Positions 37,820 through 46,671 of a stretch of 64,000 bases of DNA are shown one piece after another. The stretch is taken from assembly GCA_033857635.1 (NCBI GenBank), contig JAWVDF010000022.1, positions 138,150 through 202,149 of the forward strand. Reading direction: 5' to 3'. The notes under the pieces were generated by a model that worked only from the letters and a program-made list of their open reading frames with translations, ran no database searches and was not told where the DNA came from. Numbering within the stretch: position 1 is the stretch's first letter; each line of letters begins with the position of its first letter. A program made the translations under genes and the position numbers. The DNA comes from Blastocatellia bacterium. Lineage in GTDB: Bacteria > Acidobacteriota > Blastocatellia > Pyrinomonadales > Pyrinomonadaceae.

Positions 37820-37926
37820 CCGCACTTGTTGAGTGCCCTGGATGTCTAACGAAGTCAAAGTGCCACCTCATGACAGCTGCGGAATCAAAATCCCCGTACC
37901 GCGACTGAGATAACCCGGATCCGCTA

Positions 37927-38532
37927 ATGTCGAAGACGCTCCACGCCCAATGGACCTTAACGCACCAGGCTTTGGAGAAGCTGCTTGCCTGCTTATCGCC
38001 AGATCGCGACGAGGCGGGTAAGCAATACGAGGCCATCAGAATCAAACTCGTTCGATACTTCGAACGTCGTGAGATTGACTCTGTCGAGGATCGCGCAGAC
38101 GACGTTATTAACCGCGTCGCCCGGAGAATTGATGAGGGCCAACACATCGACAATGTAATTGCCTATGCGTATAGGGTTGCGTACCTGGTGTTTTTGGAAG
38201 CGCTAAAGGAACCTGAGCAGGCTGAGCTTGATTGGGATACTGCTCCGGCACCTACACCGGAACCACCTTTGGAGGAAACCGAGCAGGATATCCGCCAGCG
38301 CTGTTTTGATGATTGTCTCGCGAAATTGACAGACGAGAGTCGCAACCTGATTCTGATGTACTACCAGGAGGATGGGCGTGCCAAGATTGACCTCCGAAAG
38401 CGATTGGCCAACAAGCTGACCATACAATTAAATGCCCTGCGGATCCGGGCCCATAGAATCCGAGTAGGTCTTGAAGAGTGCATCGAAGAGTGTCGTGCCC
38501 GACATGCCCTGGTGCGAAATGTAACCGGCTGA
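37927..38532 (+). CDS. ECF-type RNA polymerase sigma factor (divergent)
   Basis: DRADDVINRVARRI (region-2-like) and SRNLILMYYQEDGRAKIDLRKRLANKLTIQLNALRIRAHRIRVGL (region 4 HTH). Paralog of 25799..26356. Confidence 0.75.
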   Translation: MSKTLHAQWTLTHQALEKLLACLSPDRDEAGKQYEAIRIKLVRYFERREIDSVEDRADDVINRVARRIDEGQHIDNVIAYAYRVAYLVFLEALKEPEQAELDWDTAPAPTPEPPLEETEQDIRQRCFDDCLAKLTDESRNLILMYYQEDGRAKIDLRKRLANKLTIQLNALRIRAHRIRVGLEECIEECRARHALVRNVTG

Positions 38533-38560
38533 ACGTCACTTCTGTTTAGGGGTAGTTTAA

Positions 38561-39526
38561 TTGACAGTACCGACCAACAGAGAAGCGAATGAGATAAATC
38601 ACCTCCCTGCTGACGATCGTGAGTTTGAGGAACTTGAGATCGCCGAAGAGGAACTGATCGATGCCTACCTTCGCGACGAGCTCTCCGACGACGAGCGTAA
38701 ACTCGTCGAAAAGGGATTGAGGAGTTCTTCCCGGTTGGTCGAACGATTCCACTTCGCCAAGATGCTGGCGCAGGCTGCCTCATCTGTTCCCCAGAACCAA
38801 ACTTCTGGGTCTGCCGCAGAATTCGAAGCGTCCCTTGCTCAACATGACCCAAAGCGGGTTAAGCCTCCGTGGTGGAAGGCGTTCTTAGGTTTCTCGTTCG
38901 TGCAGCTACCAGCGTTCCGCATAGCGCTCGGCGCTTGTGTCCTCCTTGTCTTGATCGGAAGTGCGGCCTTGTTTGCCGGATGGATGAAGTTGCGCAGCGA
39001 AACGCAGCGACTTGACTCCGAACGAGTCGCGCTGGACAAGCAAAGGCAAGAGTTAGAAAAAACATCTGCAGAGCAACAATCAAAGTCGGAACAACTCTCT
39101 GCCGAACTGCAAAAGGAAAGGCAGCGAGAGCAGGATCAAAAGCTGATCGAGGCACTCAAGCGGTCGCAAAAGCAAAACGACCAGTCTAATTCGCCGGCGC
39201 CAATAGTGGCGTCGTTGCTTCTGCTTCCAGGCTCGACGCGAGACAGCAGCGGAGGCAACGAACTAATCGTCCCGTCCGGCGCATCTACGGTTAGACTCAA
39301 ACTTGGCCTCGAAGCTAACGATTACTCGAGCTATGGTGCCGTTATCAAAAACGCCCAGGGCGTCAAAGTTTTTCAGCGGAACCGATTAAAGGCACGCTCC
39401 GGCAAGCTGACAGTCCAAGTTCCCGCCCAGCGATTGCCGCCCGGCGATTACACCGTCCACGTAAGCGGGGTCACCTCAGCCCGAGTTGTTGAGAGCGTTC
39501 ACGATTACGCGTTTCGAGTGCGGTAA
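38561..39526 (+). CDS. Single-pass anti-sigma-like protein with extracytoplasmic coiled coil and beta domain
   Basis: TTG start 29 nt after the sigma stop. N-terminal EELIDAYLRDELSDDERKLVE, TM IALGACVLLVLIGSAALFAGW, a Gln/Glu/Lys coiled coil and a C-terminal beta domain ending YAFRVR. Confidence 0.6.
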   Translation: MTVPTNREANEINHLPADDREFEELEIAEEELIDAYLRDELSDDERKLVEKGLRSSSRLVERFHFAKMLAQAASSVPQNQTSGSAAEFEASLAQHDPKRVKPPWWKAFLGFSFVQLPAFRIALGACVLLVLIGSAALFAGWMKLRSETQRLDSERVALDKQRQELEKTSAEQQSKSEQLSAELQKERQREQDQKLIEALKRSQKQNDQSNSPAPIVASLLLLPGSTRDSSGGNELIVPSGASTVRLKLGLEANDYSSYGAVIKNAQGVKVFQRNRLKARSGKLTVQVPAQRLPPGDYTVHVSGVTSARVVESVHDYAFRVR

Positions 39527-39744
39527 AGCCTAACCTCCTGTTTCCGACCTTGCCCTGACAAAGAATCCTTCAACTCACCTGTCTGTTCCTGAGCCCAGAG
39601 TTATAGCTCCCGCTTCCTTCTTTCACCTTACCTGTTGCTTTCGGCGGCAAATCAATCCGTGAAATGTTTTTACTGTTCTCCCCACTAAGAAACGAAGTGA
39701 AAGTTTCGCTTATGTTTTTGATGAACCGTTTTCGGGAGGAAATT

Positions 39745-41817
39745 ATGAAAACCTTTGGCGTGTTGTTTCTGAGTCTATTAATGCTGCTCTATGGGATGCC
39801 AGTAACCGCTACTGCCCAGGGATCCCGAGAAGTATTTGCTCTTCCGGATGGAACAACTGGCGAGGCTTATCGCGTCAACATCGAAGCGATCCTGCGCGAA
39901 AGATATCAGCTGAAATTAGAGACTGACGCCCGCGCGTCTGTGTTTCGCTGGGCTCTCGCCCAGGGAGAAGTCCCTCCCGGTCTTTTCGTCCGCGCCAACG
40001 GAACAATTGTCGGCTCGCCTCGCGTGTCGCGCGCTGAACCATACCGCTTCCAGCTCAAGGTACTGGATCTCTCCCAATCAAAGGCCGATGCCCTGACGAT
40101 TGATTTCACAATAGTCGTTTCCTCGTCACAAGTTCGGCTGGCCCACATCAGAGTGCCGAGGCTGGTGTTGATTGAGGGGTCGAACTTGGAATCAAGAATC
40201 CAAACAGGAAGACAAATCGCCGATAAGACGGCCGGCAATGCTTTTCCGCGTGAGAACGTTGTTGAATCAACTGTCGCGGCTGCAATGCCTTCACCAGGCA
40301 AACGGTGGACTGCCGGAAGCGTCTATGACTCGATGTTGCGGCGCAATGGTGATACGGAGTCGCCAATGGTCTCTGTCGCAAATTCTCCCCGTCCACTTGC
40401 CGCGGTTCCGCCAACAGTAAACTGCGCGCAGGAATGTGACCCAACTCCGCCTCCAGATCCAAATAAGGATTTCATTATCGACGCGGTCACCGGCGCGACG
40501 AGGGGCAAGACCAAATTCGATCGCGGAGAGCGCACACGCATTATCATCAAGAACAAGAATCCTTTTCTGTATGAGTATCGCTTATCGATAGAGGAAGAGG
40601 CTGTGGCTGAGCCGGCGTTAGTGGGTTTTCTGGATCTTCTACCGGTGGGAAAAGGGACGTTTGAAACCGCCAAAACCATCGATACGGCTGCGGCCGTTAG
40701 CGCCATGATGGTTGAAAACCAGATCAAGGCAGCAAAGCAGGCGCCTGCTTGTCCTTTGCTGGACGCCCTTCTGGCGGCTGAGAATGTTTTGGCTCAAAGT
40801 GAAACTGCGTTGAAAGCCCAGGTGGACGGACAAACCGATGCCTTCAATGGCACCCAGACACAATACAAACAATTAAAGGCCGCGCTCACAAATCCGGGAG
40901 CCCAATGTCCCGGCCTCTGCAGTGACGCTGACACTTTGTCGGACGCTCTTCGGGGCTATCTCAACGGCAGCAAGGCTTCCTTTGAGCAATTCACAAAGGA
41001 CGTAGCGAAGTTTGAGGAGCGCGCTAATGCATTTAGCACCAACGTTGCCGATCTCAAAGACAATACCCCAGCATGTGCTCAGAAAATCGACGATGCGAGA
41101 CTTGCGCAGTTGGCAGGCCACTATGTTGAAGTCGCGAATACTCTGAAGGAGAGTCTGAGCAAGTTGCAAGAGGGACGAAAGGGATTCGACACTGCCGCCA
41201 AATCAATTGAGAAGGTTTTCGCAACGGCGGGCGCCTTTTACGAGGTCCGTGAGACTGGCGACTTTGACCTACCAACCAACGTCAAGATCAAGCTGGAGCG
41301 TAGAGAGATTTCTCAGGAGAAAGCTGAGTTTGCTAAGTGGGTTGACACTAAAGTGAACTTTGGCGGCGGGCCGCGATTCGCCTTAGCCGGCGGGCTTGTG
41401 GCGTCATTGCTCGAAAGGCCGGAGTACGAACGGGTATCCACCGTCCTCAACGGACAACCTGTCAACATAGTTGGCTTAAAGCGAACGTCCAGCACTCGCC
41501 TCCTACCGCTGTTAATGCTTCATGCCAGAATCTACGACACCAAATCGAGTTTCATCGACGGCATTCACTTTTCGGTGGGCCTTACCGCTAAGCCGAACAG
41601 TGAGGGTACCAGCGCGGAGTTCCTATTAGGCCCTTCCATCAGCCTCATCGAAGGGCGCATGTTTTTCACCGCTGGAGGCTATCTTGGAAGGAAGCAGGAA
41701 CTCCAGGGCAACTTGACGCCCGGATCCCAAATTCCGAAAGACTTCGGGGATGCGCTGCCAATTAGCGAGCACTACGTATGGAAACCTGGCTTCGCGATAA
41801 CTTACAAGATCAAGTGA
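39745..41817 (+). CDS. Large secreted protein: N-terminal Ig-like (He_PIG-type) domain, Cys-containing helical middle, beta-rich C-terminus
   Basis: GGGAGGA RBS. Signal peptide MKTFGVLFLSLLMLLYGMPVTATAQG. Ig-like motif GEVPPGLFVRANGTIVGSP. The last ~170 aa show an alternating-hydrophobic pattern. Confidence 0.6.
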   Translation: MKTFGVLFLSLLMLLYGMPVTATAQGSREVFALPDGTTGEAYRVNIEAILRERYQLKLETDARASVFRWALAQGEVPPGLFVRANGTIVGSPRVSRAEPYRFQLKVLDLSQSKADALTIDFTIVVSSSQVRLAHIRVPRLVLIEGSNLESRIQTGRQIADKTAGNAFPRENVVESTVAAAMPSPGKRWTAGSVYDSMLRRNGDTESPMVSVANSPRPLAAVPPTVNCAQECDPTPPPDPNKDFIIDAVTGATRGKTKFDRGERTRIIIKNKNPFLYEYRLSIEEEAVAEPALVGFLDLLPVGKGTFETAKTIDTAAAVSAMMVENQIKAAKQAPACPLLDALLAAENVLAQSETALKAQVDGQTDAFNGTQTQYKQLKAALTNPGAQCPGLCSDADTLSDALRGYLNGSKASFEQFTKDVAKFEERANAFSTNVADLKDNTPACAQKIDDARLAQLAGHYVEVANTLKESLSKLQEGRKGFDTAAKSIEKVFATAGAFYEVRETGDFDLPTNVKIKLERREISQEKAEFAKWVDTKVNFGGGPRFALAGGLVASLLERPEYERVSTVLNGQPVNIVGLKRTSSTRLLPLLMLHARIYDTKSSFIDGIHFSVGLTAKPNSEGTSAEFLLGPSISLIEGRMFFTAGGYLGRKQELQGNLTPGSQIPKDFGDALPISEHYVWKPGFAITYKIK

Positions 41818-41950
41818 AGTCTTGGAAGAGTGGCTTGCGAACTCGGACTTTCCTCTGGGAATTTCCATCATGAGACGGAGGAGGTGAGTCTCCGAGTTCG
41901 CGAGTCATCAGTGACAAACGCAAGTCTCAAATCTCAAAGGAGCAACTATC

Positions 41951-42271
41951 GTGTCTCTGACTAACGCAGGTCTTACAACTTTCCAGATCTATTTGTGGTG
42001 TGTGTTGGGTATTGTGGTGAGCATCGCGCTGCCTATCTTGCGCGGGTTGCTTCCCAAACCACCGCCGCTGCCGGGTGCTGCGGCCTTGCCGGCAGGCTTC
42101 CTGGCCGCTCTGTGGATCCACGCCAGGCCTTATCTGGTCGTCGGTCTCTTTTCTCTGCTGACCGGAATCCTGATCGTGGCCTTTACCTATGGATCTCTGG
42201 CGGACTGGAGAGCTGCCCTTCTCGCCGGTTACGCCTGGGATTCCACATTGCAGAAGCTAACCAAACCTTAA
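41951..42271 (+). CDS. Small three-TM membrane protein (hypothetical)
   Basis: GTG start preceded by AAGGAG. Three hydrophobic segments. Confidence 0.45.
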   Translation: MSLTNAGLTTFQIYLWCVLGIVVSIALPILRGLLPKPPPLPGAAALPAGFLAALWIHARPYLVVGLFSLLTGILIVAFTYGSLADWRAALLAGYAWDSTLQKLTKP

Positions 42272-42352
42272 ACGCCGCCGCTTAAGTAAACCTTACTTTC
42301 GACGGCTCCAGCCCTGCGGGAAAACCGGCCCTATTGAGAAGGAGAAAATGAA

Positions 42353-43426
42353 ATGCCACTTTCAAATGATGTGATCGAAGCTAAGCGAACCTTGAGTTCA
42401 CGGTTACTAAGCATAGGAGCAGAGCGTGGTGTAGTAGGCAGGTTTCCCGTATTGAATGTCATGGCTGCCGCAGAGTCCGCCGGACAAAATGTGCATTCTG
42501 TCGGTGTCGGATTCAAAATAGTGGAAGGTAAGCTGACTGAGGAGCCCTGCGTTCGTCTTTACGTAGTTCAGAAACTGGCAGCATCGCTCCTGTCGCCAAA
42601 CGATCTCTTGCCAAGCGAAGTCGACGGTATCACCACAGATGTCATCGAGTCGCCGCCGGCATTCTTCCTCCCAAACGGCGGTCAGGCGGCCGGTCCTCCG
42701 GCTGCGGCTTCAGAGGCCTGTACTAATGAACGACGAAAACGCCAGCGACCTGTTATGGCGGGTATTAGCTCTGCCCATTTTCAGGTGACCGCCGGAACAA
42801 TCGCATGCTTTTGTCGTTCGACGGCGGAGGAAGACGAGCCGGGTGCAGTATTCGTTCTGAGTAATAATCATGTGTTCGCCGACGTTAACAGAGCGCAAAT
42901 TGGTGACGACTTGTATCAGCCCGGTCCAGCAGACGGCGGTACCAATAGCGACAGGTTCGCAGTGCTTCATCGATTTGTTCCCATCCAGCTTGGCGGCCAC
43001 ACACCCAATCGGGTTGATGCGGCCATTGGCAAACTCTTGCCCGGAGTACAAACGGACCCTGAGATTTGCACGATCGGCCACATTACGGGAATTGGCGTAG
43101 CCGAGGAAACCACGCCAGTATGCAAGCATGGCAGGACTACGGGATACACCGAGGGCTCTGTATTTGATCCTTCCATAGATTCGCTTGTGGGAATGGATCA
43201 CAGTAATTCCAGTATTGTGGCCCTTTTCCAAAACCAGCTTCGCATTGACGTCAAACCACCTTTTTCGGCTTTTGGGTTGGGTGGCGATAGCGGTTCACTT
43301 GTGGTCAACCAGGAAACTCGCGAGGCGGTTGGGCTTTACAACGCCGGGCCCTCCGGGGGAGAGTATGGCCTTGCCAATCGAATTCAAGATGTCCTGGCCG
43401 AGATGCAAATAGAACTCCTGACCTAA
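42353..43426 (+). CDS. Chymotrypsin-fold (S1-like) serine protease with an N-terminal pro-domain-like module, no signal peptide
   Basis: Candidate triad LSNNHVFA (His), RVDAAIG (Asp), GLGGDSGSLV (Ser). AGGAGAA RBS. Confidence 0.7.
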   Translation: MPLSNDVIEAKRTLSSRLLSIGAERGVVGRFPVLNVMAAAESAGQNVHSVGVGFKIVEGKLTEEPCVRLYVVQKLAASLLSPNDLLPSEVDGITTDVIESPPAFFLPNGGQAAGPPAAASEACTNERRKRQRPVMAGISSAHFQVTAGTIACFCRSTAEEDEPGAVFVLSNNHVFADVNRAQIGDDLYQPGPADGGTNSDRFAVLHRFVPIQLGGHTPNRVDAAIGKLLPGVQTDPEICTIGHITGIGVAEETTPVCKHGRTTGYTEGSVFDPSIDSLVGMDHSNSSIVALFQNQLRIDVKPPFSAFGLGGDSGSLVVNQETREAVGLYNAGPSGGEYGLANRIQDVLAEMQIELLT

Positions 43427-43451
43427 TCGGGTCGGTTGTTGAGGTGTTGAC

Positions 43452-43673
43452 ATGGGCAGAACGCTGGACGAGGTTAGGGAACTGCTATCAACCAAGTACC
43501 TTGGAAAGGCAGGGATTCATTCAGTTGGGATCAGCCGGGCAGAGAATGCCGTGCGGGTGTATGTTCAGCCGGAAGCCGAAGATGAACTGAAGGGCGTCTT
43601 GAAAGAGATTGAACGGGAGGCCGCCCCGTACAAGGTTGTCCCCGTCAAGTCGGATCGTTCTTCAATCACCTAA
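43452..43673 (+). CDS. Small protein resembling the N-terminal module of the adjacent S1 protease
   Basis: GIHSVGISRAENAVRVYVQPE aligns by eye with NVHSVGVGFKIVEGKLTEEPCVRLYVVQK of 42353..43426. GAGGTG RBS. Confidence 0.45.
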   Translation: MGRTLDEVRELLSTKYLGKAGIHSVGISRAENAVRVYVQPEAEDELKGVLKEIEREAAPYKVVPVKSDRSSIT

Positions 43674-43766
43674 CTCTCCAACCGACGGACGTTTTTCGAG
43701 CTTGACCCAAATCCTATTTCAAAACCGACCCGCATCGCAACCGAGTCCGTTACGCAATCAGCCAGT

Positions 43767-44423
43767 CTAATCCGCATGAACCGTCGGTGCGTCCGCGTGT
43801 GGGACGAAGCACTGGCGGCATCTCGCTTCGTACATGCCGGTGGCGCCGACGGCGACGCGCTCTTCCGATTCAAAGATGCGTTGTGAGTAGTTGGCGGGCT
43901 GGCCGCATTTGACGCAGATGGCGTGCGTCTTGGTGATGTATTCGGCCACGGCGAGGAGTTGCGGCATGGGCTCCCAGGGCTTGCCGGTGTAGTCCTGATC
44001 CAGACCGGCCACGATTACGCGCATACCCTGTTCGGCCAGTTCGTTGACGACTTTGATCAGCTCGTTGTCGAAAAACTGTGCTTCGTCAATGCCTACAACT
44101 TCGGTATCGGGTTCGATGTTGGCGCGCACATCCGCGGCCGTGCGTACGTTGGCGGACTCATGCTTCATCTCTGAATGCGAGACGATGTGGTCCTTGGAAA
44201 AGCGTTCGTCGATCTCGGGCTTGAATACCTGCACCTTCTGTCGCGCAATTTTGGCGCGACGCAGTCGGCGAATCAGTTCTTCGGACTTGCCCGAGAACAT
44301 CGAGCCGGCGATTACTTCGATCCAACCGGCGCTGCGCCGCGCCCACCCCGGATGCTCGCTGCGGTTGTGGACGTCGATGTCTTCGGGCTCATTGCTTCGG
44401 GTCATCGTGGCTGAACTATTCAT
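43767..44423 (-). CDS. tdk: Thymidine kinase
   Basis: P-loop [20 protein letters not shown] and C-terminal zinc motifs CVKCG...CRQC. Confidence 0.9.
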   Translation of the reverse strand: MNSSATMTRSNEPEDIDVHNRSEHPGWARRSAGWIEVIAGSMFSGKSEELIRRLRRAKIARQKVQVFKPEIDERFSKDHIVSHSEMKHESANVRTAADVRANIEPDTEVVGIDEAQFFDNELIKVVNELAEQGMRVIVAGLDQDYTGKPWEPMPQLLAVAEYITKTHAICVKCGQPANYSQRIFESEERVAVGATGMYEARCRQCFVPHADAPTVHAD

Positions 44424-44534
44424 TTGGGTGGTTTATTCATTATCTCAAGGTTAGCTGCGCGGATCGTCGATGCAGTCTAATTCAAAGGTCTTCATTTCCC
44501 AAAATGGCGGCGGTCTTTCCGCTTCAGACAAGCA

Positions 44535-44726
44535 CGATCCACGAAACCACACTAAGCCGGGAACAATCGGATCGCGGACATCGTTGTCCGCCTGAGCGCG
44601 AAGCGCGAACAGCCTCTGCGGTGGTCACAAACCAAGAGGGTGAGCGTCCTTGCGGACGCTGGCGGACAAGGATGTCCGCGATCCGACTCCGATCCGGGAT
44701 TTCCATTCGTGTGATTTCGTGGATCG
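44535..44726. repeat. Nested repeats: a CGATCCACGAAA... doublet enclosing a GCGGACATC..GTCCGC doublet (44570..44684)
   Basis: Outer arms at 44535..44557 and 44706..44726. Inner arms GATCGCGGACATCGTTGTCCGCCTGAGCGCG and GGCGGACAAGGATGTCCGCGATCC. Confidence 0.8.
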
Positions 44727-44737
44727 TCTTTCTGCTG

Positions 44738-46375
<1,638 letters not shown>

Positions 46376-46394
46376 AGTTTCACAGGAATAATAA

Positions 46395-46560
46395 ATGCTC
46401 AAGAGGCCAAAAGCCCAAGGGCAATGTGCCAAAGCCAAGTTCAAGTTGCCAAGCTCAAGGTCCACTTGCCAAAGCTCAGATTCAAGTTGCCAAAGCCCAA
46501 GGTCAAGTTCCAAGCTCAAGGTTAAGTTGCCAGGCTCAAGTTCAAGTTGCCAAAGCTCAA
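46395..46560. repeat. Degenerate tandem array, about 8 units of about 20-21 nt (GCCAAAGCTCAAGGTCAAGTT-like)
   Basis: Lies in the hyuA-hyuB spacer. Produces the LELWQLELE...-type pseudo-translation in the ORF track. Confidence 0.8.
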
Positions 46561-46564
46561 GGTT

Positions 46565-46656
46565 GGGAAGGGGGCTTGCCCCCGCCGCTTTGTGGTCGAC
46601 CACCCAGATTCCTGGCTCAATTAAGAGCGGGGGCAAGCCCCCTTCCTGACCTTGAG
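46565..46656. repeat. GGGAAGGGGGCTTGCCCCCGC ... GCGGGGGCAAGCCCCCTTCC inverted doublet
   Basis: A related copy lies at 60518..60600. Confidence 0.75.
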
Positions 46657-46671
46657 GTTCCGCGCGTCGGC

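Noticed and set aside
31470-37926. GGATCC located 4 to 5 nt upstream of the ATG of both 31486 and 37927, as a shared translational signal.
   Set aside because: It is a 6-nt palindrome seen twice, which is within chance expectation. GGATCC also occurs elsewhere in the window in unrelated contexts.
30944-43766. Classifying the island as an integrative mobile element.
   Set aside because: There is no integrase, recombinase, tRNA gene, flanking direct repeat or conjugation gene. Only composition and the absence of repeats suggest foreign origin.
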